Below are positions 23,701 to 36,627 of a DNA stretch of 64,000 nt, piece after piece. Every line of letters starts with the position of its first letter. Position 1 is the stretch's first letter. This stretch comes from Cyanophora paradoxa CCMP329 (lineage: Eukaryota > Plantae > Glaucophyta): NCBI GenBank assembly GCA_004431415.1, contig QPMI01000495.1, positions 62,001-126,000 of the forward strand, written 5' to 3'. The position numbers and the translations under genes were made by a program. The notes below the pieces were generated by a model. That model was not told where the DNA came from and did not search any database. It saw nothing but the letters and a program-made list of their open reading frames with translations.

Positions 23701-26700
23701 GAAAGGGGCGGGCGCGCCTTGTTGAACTCGCTCTCGCCGCCGGCCGCCGCCACCTCGCTGGTGGATGGCGCGCGCGGGGGAGCGAGCGAGTGAGCGAACG
23801 AAAACAGACTCGGGGTCGCAGGCTGCAGGGGTCACCTGGAGAGCTTGCGGATGAGGTCGATGCGACGCCAGCGGGCCGTCGGGACCTGGTCCTCCGGCAC
23901 GCCGAACTCCTGCGGGAGAGGGTGAGGGGGGTGCAGATGGTGGGGCAAGGAGGGCGCCCGGGAGGGCCCTTTCCCCCGCCTCAGAAGCAGCGAACCTTGG
24001 TGATGATGCGCTTCGCCTCGGCCTGAGAGAGCTTCCGAAGGTCGGCGTCCGTACCCGTCACCAGGGCCTGTCGGGTGAATGGGGAGGGGGCGTGAGAGGG
24101 GGCGCGGGCGATGGATTCCGGTTCGCTTCTCTTTCGCCCCCACTACTGGTAAAAAGAAGACGCGCCTTGGGCTTCTCGTTCTCCTTGCCGTCCTTGGCGT
24201 CTTTGGCGTCCTTGCCGTCCTTGCCCTTCTTATCGGGGGCCGCCTTCTGCGGCGCGCTGCGGCGCGCACGCGCGGGCGGCGCGTCGGCGGCGGCGGAGGA
24301 GGAGGACGGAGGAAGGGAAGAGCGCGCGCACCGGATGAAGGAGACGTTGAAGCCGCGGCCGGAGGGGTCTCCGAGGCCGGTCACGGTCATCGGCACGTTT
24401 TTCTGAGCGGGCGCGGATCAGGGCGGGATCGCAAACGCGGATGCAGCGGCTAGATGCTTAGAAAAGTATGCAACAGGGCACGCGCGGCTCGGCGTGGCGC
24501 ACCCGCGTCGCCTCGAGGAAGTCGTGCGAGAGGACCCAGGGCGTGAGCATCATCTCCTGCAGGCGCGCGTGCGTGAGCGGAGGGCAGGCAGGCACGAAGC
24601 TCTTGCTTTCTTGAGCTAAAGCGTGTTCAACGCGCGGGCCATCTACAAGCCCCTTCCTAATTCGTTTCCCCATAAAGGACCGCGCACCTGCTCGACGAAG
24701 CGGATGCCGGGGCGGTACCTGTCGCCCTCCTTCTCCTCCAGCTGCGAGAGGGCCGCCGCGAGCCCCAGCGTCGAGCGGATCACGATCCCCGCCGCGTTCA
24801 GCCTGTGCGACACAGAAATAAGAAGATAACAACTGTGCGGGGGACCCGATCCAACTTTGCGGGATCCTAAAATAGCGCGCTGGGCACCTGGCGACGCCGG
24901 CCTGCATGCTCTCGAAGGCGGCGAGCTTCTCGGGGGTGAAGAGGCCCCGGATCTCCTCCTCCGTCCGGTACCGCCGCAGCTGCACGAAGCTGCGGGGCGG
25001 CGCCACGTCAACCGAGGAGCGCGGGGCGCAGGAGAGGAGAAGCGGGCGCACCCGTTCTCGACGATCATGTCGTGCTCCTTGGCCATGCGCCGCAGCGTCT
25101 GGTCGTTGTGCATCGGGAACTGCCCGAGAAGAACAAGTCAGCGGGCGGGCGGGTCAGGCTAGTTCGTAGCTCGCTCGCTGGGCGGGACCTGCTGGAGGAT
25201 CGTCGAGATGGGGATGCGGGAGAGGCCGTGGGAGCCGGCCGTGTAGTCCAGGCTCCCCTGCTCCAGCAGCGCCCGCATGATCCACACCTGCCCGACGCCG
25301 GTTCACAAGAGAGGAGCGAGAGGACAGGCGGAATCTCCCGGAAACACGGCCGGAGACAACCCCTAGCAACACCGAGACAACAACTTCTTTGGACGGAACA
25401 GGAGTGAGGGGGGTGGGCGCACGGCGACGCGGTCGCGGGACTCCTTGCTGGCCTCGCGCGTGTTGGGCGCCAGCACCTGGCGGAGAGGCCCGCGTCAGCC
25501 CCCGACGCAGATCGAGCTCTCGTCCCGCGGGGCATCCGAGGGCGGCACCTCGACGGAGGGCTCCTCCTGCCCAACGACGTAGATGGCGGGCATCTCCCGG
25601 ATCACGAACCCCTGCGCTCCGTTCAGAAGGGCGGCTGTGGTTCGCAAGCGAGGGGACTCGGCCGCCGTGCACGTTGCCGTCCTTCGAGCGGACGAGGAGG
25701 AAGTCGTTGTCGACCGTCGGGCGCGGGTGCCGGAACGCCGGCGCCTGCACCCCGCCGTCAGGCAGGGGCGGAAACTCTGGGCTGCGCGCGGCCCCGGGTG
25801 GACGGGGGGGCGCGCCTTGAAGAGGGTGCTCTCGGCGCAGGAGAGGGTCTCCCCCGCGTGCACGTTGGCGATGAAGGGCGGCTCCTCGCCCTCCTCCAGC
25901 ACGAAGGGCTCGCCCCCGTCGTGCGCCGGCGGCTGGTGCGGGTCCGTCCCCGACCGCTGCGCCGCGAGGTGTTGCGTTGATGAGCAATCGAGCACCGTCC
26001 TCGCCCGCTCTGCTCTTTTTCTCTCTCTGCGCGCGCGCGCACCTTGCGGTAGAGGTGGAGGAGGCGGGAGGCCATGCCGGGGTTCATGAGGAGCATCGGG
26101 TTCTCGTCCATGTACTCGAAGGCCACCAGCCTGCGCGCGGCCCCGCCCCGCGCGCGTCAGCGCGACCGCGTCGAGGGCGACAGAGGCGACGCGCGCACTT
26201 CCCGGTGCGGGCGGTGATGCCGCCCTTGCCGTGCTTCTTCTTGGACCCGTGCGCGCCGGCCTCTGCAGGCGCCGCGGCGTCGGCGCCGAGGAAGAAAAAG
26301 TTCGGACGACGTATGGAAGGAACAGGGGCGGGCCCGCCCGCGCACCGCCCTCCCGCGCGGCGCCGCTAGAGGAAGACGCGACGGGGCCGCCCGAGCCGCC
26401 GTCCGCCGAGGCGTCCGCCGCGCCGCTACCGCTGCTGCCGCCCACGGCGCTGCTCCCCGGCGTGACTGCGGGAAGCGCGCGGTGTGAGCGGAAGGCGGAG
26501 ACGCGGGGACCGAGAACGGGACGGACCGAGGGTGACCTTCTTGATCTTCCTCGGGGTGGTGGCGGGGGGTACGGGGGCGGAGGCGTCGGAGGGCCCTGCG
26601 GCCGGCTCGACGGGCGCCTCCGTGAGGCCCTCGTCACCGTCCCCCTCCGCTGCGGCGAAAACGAAATGAGGGGGGCAGAAGGGGGGCCTGAGGGGGCGGG

Positions 26701-29700
26701 CGCGGACTCGGGGAAGAGGGGCGCGAGGCGCCCCTGTCGGCGGATTTGTAGCTGGTGATCTTTTGGCTGCGGGGGAGCGTTCGGTGGGTGCGGGGTACGC
26801 AGAAGAAATCGATAAGCTGGCGCACGTGACGCCGGGGGGGAAGTGGCTGCGGGGGCGGTGGAGCAGGAGGAGTTCCTATGGAAGGGATCAGGACAGCAGG
26901 GGACGCGGCGTGCGGGGAAGAGGGGGGGGGGGCGGACCTGCTCGGAGAGGGCGACTTTGGTGTGCTGGAGGCGGAGGGCGGCGAGGTGGTGCTGGAGGGG
27001 TTTGAGCGCCATCCGCTGCCGGATCTGCGCGCGGGGTCGCTTGGACAAGAGAGATATGACGCGAGGGGCGCCAGACGGCGCACCCGGCGGATGTCCGAGT
27101 TGTAGAACTCGTCGTTGGAGATGTCGAAGCGGTCCTGGGAAAGAGGAGAGGGGGGAGAGGGGGGGGTCGATCAAATGAAGCGCGGTGGGAGAGAGCAGAG
27201 GACGGGGTAGAGGATTTCAGACCTTGGGGAGGTTGAGCTTGCGCGCAAGGGTGGCGGGGACGGGGGCGGGGGCGGGGGCGGGGGCCTCCGGGGCGGCGCC
27301 GGCCCCGCCGGCAGAGGCGTTGGCGGCGGCGGCGGCGATGGCGGCGGCGATTGCGTCAGGGGGTGGAGCTTCGAGCGTCTTGACCGTCCACTGCGGGCGG
27401 GAGCGGATCACTTCACGGTCTACGGAGACACTGACGTGGAGCGAACCTTCTGGGGTTTCTTCTGTCCGGCGGCGTCTGCGCAGGGCGACGGGGTCAGGGC
27501 TCGATTCGCACGGGCGTCGGGGCGCCGGCCTCGGGGCCGGCGCACCCTTCTCGGCCTCGCCGGGGGGCTTGGGGGGAAGGATTGGCTTCAGGTTCAGGCG
27601 CTTGTCGTTCATGTCGAGGATGATGTTCCTGGTGGGCGATCGATATCAGACGAGGCCTTGGCGCACATGGCTCAGATTTCAGGATGAGGTCAGTCTTAAG
27701 CTAACAGCGAGCAGCCCGAGCCAGCGGGCCTAGAGCGCAGCCGGGCGACGCACGCGAGCTCGGGGACGAGGGTGCGCTGCTCGTCGAGGAGGGGGATGCG
27801 GGACCAGTCGTCCGCCGCCAGGTCCCCCCGCCCGATCAGCGCGTCCATCGCCGCGAAGCGTGCCGCCCGCTTCTTCTTCTTCTCCGAGGGCGCGGCGGCC
27901 GGCTCCGCGACCGGCAGGGGCACCGCCCTCGGGTCGGGGGGCGGCTTCGGCGGGGGGTAGCCCCAGGCGTCCCGCGGCCGCCTCCGGTCCTTCTCCTCGT
28001 CCTCGAGGCCGCGGGTCGGGAGGATCTCCGCCAGGCTCGCCGGCTCCGCCTCCAACCGGGCCCGGCTGGGCCTGCAGCCCCGTCAGGTCACCGCTGAGAG
28101 GCGGGGCGGGGCGGGGCGGGCGCGCTTCTTGGGCTTCTGCTGCTGATGCGAGGGCCCCGCGGGGCTCGCGTCGGGCGCTTCGGCCCCCTCTTCCTCCTTC
28201 TCCTCCTTGTCCTCCTCCTTCTCGTTCAGCCCCGCCCGCGGCGGCGACCACACCTGCGGGCCGCTCAGCCGGATGGGACAGACAGCACGGCTCGAGAGCG
28301 CACGATGCGGTCCTCCCACGCGGTGGTGCAGAGCGGATTGTGCGCCGGCGACAGCAGCACCTGCAGCGCGCGCACCCTCAGGCGAGGCGGGGAGGGCGGG
28401 GGGAGGGGGGCCGCGGGGGCTACGAGGCACCTCGCTGTCGTCGCCCAGCATCTCGACGAGCTGCTCGGAGCCCGACCCTGACTCCTGCGGGGGGCGTCAA
28501 GGCTTCCGAAGCCGCCCTCACTGTTCCCAGACGAGGCGTCGACTGCTCCCCGGGGCCGGCCCGGCGGACCTTGAGGGGGATGCCGACGGGCCCCTTGTAC
28601 GCATCGCGGGTGCGCCGCGGCGCGTACCGCTCGTCCCGCAGGCCTGCAGGCCACCGGGGCGTCAGTCAGAAGCCCGGCGGGGAGGGGCGAGAGGTGAGAG
28701 ACGTGACGGCGCGGGGGGAGAATCTTCGCGCGTCTTATATCTATTTCGCTGATCTGTCTTAGAGGGGCGGGGGAGGGGGCGCGCCCATGCGGGCGAGGAG
28801 AGGCGTGACGGTGGCGGTCCCCGCTTCCGCCTCGCGCTCCTCCTGCGTCCTCGTGACGATCTGTCGCGCGCAGGCGGGCGAGCGGGCCGCGTCAACCGAG
28901 GAGCAATACATCGTCATGCAAATACAGGCTTCTTTCTTTCTGGAGCAACATCGACTCCGAACTATCTAATTGTAGAGTTCGCGGACCTTCATGCTGGAGA
29001 GGAACCGGTCCTCGTCGTCGTCGGACGGGCGCACCTCCGCCGCCTGCGCCGCCGCGTCTGCCGCCGCGGGATCAGAAGGATCGAAGGGGAAGAAGCGGAT
29101 GGGGCGGGTCGATCTGGGCACACCGCGGCGGGCGTCGGAGTCGGGGACGTCGAGGGGTATCTTGGGCACGAAGAGCTCGGAGAAGCGCTGCCCGCCGTGC
29201 GTTAGAGGAGAGAACGAGTGAGTGCGAGAGGCGAGATTCTGGGTCCAAGCCGCGGAGTCGCACAGAGGCCCCCATGTAGGCCAAGAGAACGTTTCTATTT
29301 GGAGTCGAGCGTCCGTCCCAGGTAGACCTATCATCCTCGCACCTGGAAGCTGTCCGTCTGGAAGCTCGTTGACTTCGGCTCGCAGACGAGCGCCGAGGCG
29401 AGCATCTGTTGAGGAGTGAATTGGGAGGGGGGGGGGGGGGGGGAGGGAGGGGGGGGGAAGGGGACGAGGGGAGGGCGGATTGGAGGGGGAGCAGCGGGTG
29501 CGGGGAAAGAGGGGGACGGGGGAAAGGGGCGTGGAAAGAGGATACGCACCCGCTCCTGCTCCTCCTCGTCCAGCTCCTCCTCCTCCTCCTCCTCTTCCCC
29601 TTCCTCCCCTTCCTCGCCCTCCTCGGCACCCGCCTCCGCTGCCTCCTCCGCCTCCGGGGCCTTCGCGGCGGGGGTCTTCGGCAGACGCGGCGAGTCTGCG

Positions 29701-30935
29701 GCGCGCGCGTCGTCGTCGTCGTCGGCGGCGGCGGCACCGGAGAAGCGCGCCGGGAGAGGCGCGTACCCTCCATGACCTCGTCGAACTGGTCCGGAAGGAA
29801 GCTGAAGACGGGCCGGGCCGCAGGCTTGGGCGCCTCCGCGGGGGGTGGGCTCGGCTTCGGCGGGGAGGGTGGCTTCTCGGGCTCCGGCGGCTGGACCAAA
29901 GCTGGAGGAAAAGAGCGTTAGCTAACAGAGGTAGAGCACTCGCACAGGGAGGGGCCCAGCCCCGGGAGCGAACCGACGTCGGGGGATGCGGGTACGGTGT
30001 ACATGTCGACGTCAGCGGCTCCGAAGGCGTCCGCGGGCTCAGGTGCGGAAGTTGCGGGGGGGGAGGTGGGGAAGGAGGCTCCGGGGGTGGTGGCGGGAGG
30101 CGTTTGGCTTCCGGGGAAAGCCTCAGTGTGCGGGGGGGAAGGAGGCGAGGCCTGGGACAGGGGGAAGGCGGAGGAGGGGGCGGGGGCCGGCTTTGGAGGT
30201 TCTTCGTCGAAGTCTTCGAACTGATCGGGAAGGAAAGAAGCAACAGAGCCCCGCGGGAGCTCGGCAGGCGGGGCGCTCCCCGCCGGTGCGGGCGCCGGCG
30301 CGGGAGCAGCCTGCGCAGCCTCCGGCTCCTCCTCGTCCTCGTCGAAATCCTCGTCGCCCCCGTGCTGCTGCTGACTGGACATCTGAGAGGACATGCTGAC
30401 CACTATGGAGAAGTTGTCGCCGCCCTGGCTGCTCTCAGCGCCCGACACGGGCGCGGGGCCCTCCTCGTCCTCGATCGCCTCGTCGAAGTCCTCGTAGTCC
30501 ACAGCATCCGGGCGCTTCTGCGAGTAATCTGCGGCAAGCGCGGCGCTCCCGTCGGCGCTCGCCCTACGCGGGGCTGTTCGGCGAGCGCAGCGCACCGGTC
30601 TCGTCGGCGGCTTCGGCCGCCTTGGCGCCCTTGCCGAGCGCCCCCAGCTCTCCGCGCAGAAGCCCGGAAAGCCCCGAGATAGAGCTCGTTAGGATCTCGT
30701 TCGTCTCCTGCGGCAAGCGTGAGGGCCGTAGCTAAGGTTCGATGCGAACGCGCACGTCGTCGAAGTCGCCCTCCAGCTGCCCGGAGTCGTCCACGTTGCC
30801 GAACATGAAGGATCCGAGCAGCGTATCCTTCTCCTCCTCATCGCCGTCGCGCTCTTCCTCCTCCTCGCCGTCGTCCGCCTGCTCATCATCGCTCTCATCC
30901 TGCTCCTTCGCTGGGGATTCAGGCTCCGGATCCAT
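20791..30935 (-). CDS. TAF1: TFIID subunit TAF1 (TAND, DUF3591 core, Zn-knuckle region, one C-terminal bromodomain)
   Basis: GSFMFGNVDDSGQLE, DAVDYEDFDE, FEYMDENPMLLMNPGMASRL, VGQEEP, AFESMQAG, LTPWVLS, GLGDPSGRG, VTGTDADLRKLS and RWRRIDLIRKLS. Bromodomain exons read FNKPV|DTK|TFKDYRRYVSRPI|DLSTIQRKCDQGQYMSTDEFL|ADIALMVDNCRKY. Confidence 0.92.
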
Positions 30936-31387
30936 GTGTGGCGCTTCTCTCGCGCGCGCCTCGCACGCGCCGCGGGCTCCGCTGCTCCGCTACCGACCCA
31001 GCCCACCGCCCGGCCGGCCGCGAAGCGCCCGCGAGCGCCTCCGATGCAATGCAGCCAATGAGAGCGTACGAGCTCGAGCGTGCGATGGGTGCGGTCTCCG
31101 GGCTGCGACTTGCTAGACAACCCGAGGGTGGGGACCGGATTCGAGACGGGTACGGTCAGTTCAGGCCTCGAAAAAAGGTGTGCGCGCCGCTGCAGCCCGC
31201 CCTGTGCGCGAGAAGGCCCAGGGGGTTGCGGCTCGAATCGAAAGAGTCCTAGACCACCCCACCTCGTACCTCCCCGCGCCGTCCTGTCACGTTCTTGATG
31301 TGACGATTCCTAGTCGTTTTAGGTGCGCCTCGCTGTTTCGGGCCTGACCCGTCTCTTCTCGCAGGTCGTTCGCCAAAGTTCGCCAAA

Positions 31388-33008
31388 ATGTTCAAGGGCA
31401 GCGTCGCTCGCGTTTCCAATGTCGCCGGCCGGCGTAACCTCAACACCGGCATCATCGGTGCCGGCCGTATTGGCCGCGTTCACGCGAACACCCTCATGGG
31501 CATCTCGGACGTGAAGACCGTGATGGTTTCCGACATCGTCGAGGCTGCGGCGAAGAAGGTGCCCAGTTGGCGGAGGTCGGGTGTTATTGGACTGGCTCTG
31601 ATGGGTCATTCCAGGCCGCGGCGGACTACAACATCGCCAAGGCGACCACCAACTGGATGGACATCATAAAGAACCCCGAGATTCAGGCTGTCTGGATCTG
31701 CTCGCCCTCTGACCAGCACACCGAGGTCGCTGCGCGCGTGGCTGCGCGCGGGCGTACGTCTAGCCGTCCTGGCTCATCCGAGTCCGCGCGGCGCAGCAAA
31801 TCATCGCCGCCGCCAAGGCCGGCAAGCACATCTTCTGCGAGAAGCCCGTCGCCACCGACCTGAAGGGTGTCGATGAGGCCCTCAAGGTCGTGAAGGAGTG
31901 CGGCGTCGAGCTGTTCCTCGCCTTCCAGCGCCGGTTCGCTGTGATTCGTATTTTCGTTTCTGACGCTCTTGGCGTGAATCTGAATCTGAACGTCCTCGCA
32001 GCTTCGACCCCAACTTCCAGCGCGTGAAGAACGCGATTACCACGGGCGAGATCGGCCAGCCGATCTCTGTGCGTTCTTATATGCGCACGCGTTCCGTTCC
32101 GTTATCTGACGATACGCGCAGGTCCGCCTCACCTCGCGCGACCCGGCCCCGCCCCCGGTCGAGTACACCAAGCAGTCCGGTGGCATCTTCAAGGACATGC
32201 AGATCCACGACCTCGATATGGCCCGGTGCGCATGCCCTAGCTATTCCCGCTTATTTTCACGCCTGACATACTCGGTACAGTTTCCTGATGGGCTGCGAGC
32301 CGACTGAGATTCTTGCCATCGGCAAGAAGATTGTCGACCCGCGCATCTGGAACCTCGATGCGCCCCTGTCGTTCGACACGGCGCTCACCCTCGTGAACTT
32401 CGAGAACGGCGCGACCGTCACCATCGACAACTGCCGCAAGGCCGGTGCGCCGGCGCGCGCGTGCGCGGATCGCGGACCGCTCGCCCACGCCGCGCGCAGT
32501 CTACGGCTACGACCAGCGCGCGGAGGTGTTCGGCACCAAGGGATGCGTCATCACCGACAACCTGTACCCCAACGCCGCCTCGTCGTGGCTGGAGGACAAG
32601 ATCAAGCGCGACCTGCCCCTGAACTTCTTCATGGAGCGGTGCGGCGGCTCTCGCGTGCCGCTCTCTTCTTTCCTGTCTGACTTCCGATTTGATGACCTTC
32701 ACACAGGTACACCGACGCTTACCGCAACGAGACCATCGCCTTCGTCGAGGCCGTCAAGGCCAAGAAGCCGATGCCCTGCTCTGGGTGCGTCCCTTTCCGA
32801 ACACGGCCGGCCTGCTCTTTTGTGTACTCTTTTCTTACGCACGGCCTGCAGCCACGATGGCCGGCAAGCGCTCGTCATGGCCATGGCCGCTGCCAAGTCC
32901 GCGAAGGAGGGCCGCTTCGTCAAGATCTCCGAGATCGGTGCGCAGCTCCGTATTTCGAAAAGCATTCTTCCAAGCTTCCCGACACTCGCGCGTCTCGCAG
33001 GCTACTAA
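31388..33008 (+). CDS. iolG: myo-inositol 2-dehydrogenase (Gfo/Idh/MocA family) with a short presequence-like N-terminus; probable 5'UTR intron ~31322-31364
   Basis: [68 protein letters not shown] and FFMERYTDAY. Confidence 0.9.
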
Positions 33009-33384
33009 GCGGGCTCGCTTCAAATTTTGTGTCTGGAGGCTGACGAGTGACGGTCCAGCCTTCAGTGCCTCTTTTGTCCTGACAGGTTGTTAAGTAACTA
33101 GGCTTCTTTTCCTGAGCCGGCCGGGGCTGAGCTGAGTCAGCGCCACTGGGTACTGGTTGCACCTGGGCTGGCCGGAGAGCTCGAGGGCTCTAGCTCCAAT
33201 TGCAAGGCTCGGTCAGAGCTTCGCAAATCGATTGTCGAGCTTGGAACATAAAGCGGCTCGCATGCATTAATTTTCAACGATCACAAGATCAATTAACGGC
33301 GCGGCCGGCGGGGCCGGGCGCTGTTCGTCGACGTCGACGTCGACGTTCTGGCGAAGTCAGGGAGAAAGTTGTACCCGTCCAGCG

Positions 33385-33847
33385 ATGGTGCGGTCTCGTG
33401 TGCCGCTTCCTGGCCTGTGCTAACGCGCGGCAGGCGTCTAAACCGGTCCCGTTCAACCCGCGGGTGTTCCGCCTGTACCGCGACTCCCTCAGGCAGCTCC
33501 TCAACTGGTGCGCCGGCCCTCGTCTGTCTGCCAGCGCCCGGCGAGCGGCGGCTCGCAGGACTGTCGATCGGGAGCTGTTTTTTGAGGAGGCGGCGAAGGT
33601 CCGGTCGATGTTTGAGAAGAACCGGCACTTGCGCGGCGCGGCGATTGAGCAAGCACTGCGCATGGGCGAGGAGAAGCTCGACACCAAGCGGCATCCTGAC
33701 CCCTATATTTGTAAGCTATCAAACTAACGGCAGATGCGGCTGCGCGGCTGACCCCCGCGGGCCACAGATCCTCTCTCGCCCGGCGGGTCGTCTTTCATGC
33801 GCTACCCGCTCTACCACGAGGATGTCCTGCATCCGGAGCACCACTAG
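33385..33847 (+). CDS. NDUFB9: Complex I subunit B22/NDUFB9 (LYR motif)
   Basis: RLYRDSLRQLLNW|TVDRELF..VRSMFEKN..GEEKL..RHPDPYI|YPLSPGGSSFMRYP. Confidence 0.9.
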
Positions 33848-34326
33848 ATTGCATTACCTCAGCTATGACATGAGCTGTGTGGCCGTGTCTCGTGTCTCTT
33901 GTAAATTAGCATAACAACCTTGAATTGCAAGCCAGCCGGATGTTTACCGTCCTCATTTACGCGCGCATCGTCGACCGGTGCACGATGCAACACACTTCGG
34001 GACCCCCCTTCCAGACAGCTAGCTCGCTTCTTCCCCATTTGTCCAACCCCGTCCAATTGCAACCGAAATTGAACTCAAAATCGAAGTTCAACCCCGGCCA
34101 GCTGAAACTCGTGTGTGGAATGAGATTTGCAAATGACTTCATTTTACGTTAACTTATATTCCAACTGGACTCCACCGGCACCGTACGTCGCATCACACTG
34201 TGACAACACGAATCAAAGAGTGATCACAGGCAGATTTACTTATCATGCGCATGCATATGCATGGTCTGAGCTCGAGTACTACTCGGCGTAAGTACACGTA
34301 TATGTAAGCGTTGACGTTGACAGGCG

Positions 34327-34567
34327 CTACCAGCCCCGGGCCTTCAACGCCTTGGCGATCTCCTCGTTCAGGATCTGCGGGGTGGAGGGGCCGATCAGAA
34401 GGGGCGGAGGCGCTGGGGCGGCGCGGCACGGGGGCGCACGAGCTGGAGCATGACGACCGGCGCGATGCGCATGTAGAAGGTGCCGAAGCCCTGCGCGGCG
34501 GTCGGCTCTGCGCGGGGGGCGACAGGGGGAACGCGGAGCGCACCTTGTAGAACGCCTGGGCTTCATT
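34327..34567 (-). pseudogene. 5'-truncated fragment (last three exons) of an SLC25 mitochondrial carrier, DTC/OGC-like
   Basis: Spliced NEAQAFYK|GFGTFYMRIAPVVMLQL|ILNEEIAKALKARGW* matches the carrier helix-6 signature. There is no room for the rest of the gene before the eIF3m start at 34739. Confidence 0.7.
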
Positions 34568-34738
34568 CTGGTTGCGATTGACTTCCGCTCTGGTTCGACT
34601 CCCGGGAGTGTCTCTTACCTGCTCCCTCTCGATTTCCGGTGCGTTAGCGCCGCCAGTAGCTAGATTTGGTGTGCTCGCCGAGTGCGCGTGCTGACGAAGC
34701 GCCGCAATCGCCGACAGCCGAGAGCAGACACGATCGCC

Positions 34739-36275
34739 ATGGGCGCGTCCATCCTCACAGGTGCGACGCTAACGCACGCCGCGCCGCATCGCTCGACGTC
34801 GCTCCGGACGCGACGGCCACCCGCAGAGACCGGCGAGGAGGAATCATTCGTCCTGCTCGCTCGGCATATCGACAAGGTCCGCGGCGGGAAGGATGCCATC
34901 GGCGACAACGCAGAGTCCTGGGTCTCCGCGGGTAGCTTCGATCGCCTCGCGGCTAGCATCGTCCCCGCGTTCGAGGGGCTCTTTGCGCAAGGCGCCGACA
35001 AGGGTCCGCAGCGCCCGCTCTCCTCGTAGCCAGGCACTGACGCGTTGCTGCTTGCGCAGACATTGAGGGCTGGTTCAATGTGTTTTGCGCTTTGATCCAA
35101 CGGCTCGAGAGCGAGCAGCAGGCGAAGACCATCGTTGATTTTGCCAGGGCCATCGCGAGCAGCTCGAACCACGCTCCCCTGCGTATCCGCATGTGCGCTT
35201 GGGCGCGATTGACCGTCCACATAGCGCGGCTTCTGACAACGAGCGCTTTTCGCCGCACGCAGGCTCGTTGGGCTCTTCAACCGGCTCACCGAGGCCGCCG
35301 CGCGGCATGCAGCTTTCAAGCAGCTGCTCTCTTTCGCAGTGTCATCGAAGTACACCGAGGTTGTTGTTCCGTACGCGCGGGATGCAGACAACTGGGTCTC
35401 CGAGTGGCAGCTGCCCCTGGATCAGACTCGGGAGCTGTACATTCTGGCCGCGAACGTCCTGAAGGAGGCCGACCGCGGGTGAGCTCCGCTCTCGAACCGA
35501 AATCGATTCCTGAGTTTCATCCCCCCGCCAGGGCTGACTCCTTGAGATTCCTGCTGAAGTATCTCGGCACGTTCGAGAGCTCGACCGCGGCGGATATCGC
35601 GACGGCCAAGCCCCACGCTGCACGGGCGGCGGTTGAGGCAGTCCGTCTTCCGGATACCTACCAGCTTGAGAGTGTCTTCGACTTGCCGGCTGTTCGGCAG
35701 CTTGAGAAGGACGCCACCTTCGCGCGCGAGTACCAGCTCCTCAAGATTTTCGCCCAGGACAAGCTTGCTGATTTCATTTCTTTCTACAAGAAGGAGCAGG
35801 CCTTCGCGTCGGGTGCCGGTGCGCTGTTTGCAATTCTCTTCACATGGTCAGCCTTGATGAGAGAAGCAGGCATCACCCTGGAGGACGGGATGAAGAAGAT
35901 GCGGCTGTTGACGCTCTGCTCGCTAGCATTGGAGAAGTCCGAGATCCCGTACAGCACCGTAGCTACGGCACTTCAGATTGAGGAGTCGGAGGTGGAGGCT
36001 TTTGTCATCCGGGCAATATCAGCTAAGCTTTTGGAGGCGAAAATGGATCAAGTGCGCCGCACAATCATCGCCGGGTGCGGATTTCTTCCTGGTTCGAACT
36101 AAAACGGTTCTGACCACGGCATTGTCCCAGGCGTTGTTCTATTCGTGTCTTCTCGATGGCACAATGGAAGGAGCTGCGGGGCACCCTCAGCCAGATGAGG
36201 GAAAACATTCAGGCAACAGCTGGCCTCCTTCAGAAGGTCCTTGAGGACCCCGCTTCTGTTGTTGCTGCGTCCTAG
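34739..36275 (+). CDS. EIF3M: Translation initiation factor eIF3 subunit m (PCI domain)
   Basis: DKDIEGWFN, LLKYLGTF, DLPAVRQL, MKKMRLLTLCSLA, EVEAFVIRAISAKLLEAKMDQV and RVFSMAQWKEL. Confidence 0.9.
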
Positions 36276-36570
36276 ATTTTTCTACTGCGCAATATACTGC
36301 TTTTAACATTTTTAACATTTGGACACGAACTACAAGGACAAGCTCTAAAACGCACTGTGGCGTGCGCAAAACTTTGAAACGCATCTCGATCGCGAGCTCG
36401 AGCTTAGCAAGGGGGAACCGCGATCGCTTGGTCGGACTTCCAAGCATTTGGAGACGAACTACATACACAACGTTCGGGCTACAAGTGTGGGATGTACACT
36501 GCGGCGCCGCTGCTGCAGGCCCATCCCACCGAGCTCATGCCCGGCCAGCTGGGCCCTGCGTTGCCCTCTG

Positions 36571-36627
36571 GGCGGGGGGGGGGGAGGGGGGGAGGGGAGG
36601 GGGGGAGGGGAGGGGGGGAGGGGGGGA
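36571..36627 (+). repeat. G-rich low-complexity tract (G-quadruplex-capable)
   Basis: Runs of G interrupted by single A in the eIF3m-SHMT intergenic region. Confidence 0.8.

Noticed and set aside
22544-30682. Long ORFs of 300-560 aa in TAF1 and similar GC-rich zones (also 49.7-59 kb and 468-1380)
   Set aside because: These are shadow or antisense frames, or read-through of stop-poor introns. The conserved motifs lie in spliced minus-strand exons.
30823-30830. GTATCCTT as a U12-type 5' splice site
   Set aside because: It is on the antisense strand of a TAF1 coding exon. A similar ATATCCTT near 9043-9050 is internal to a GT-AG intron.
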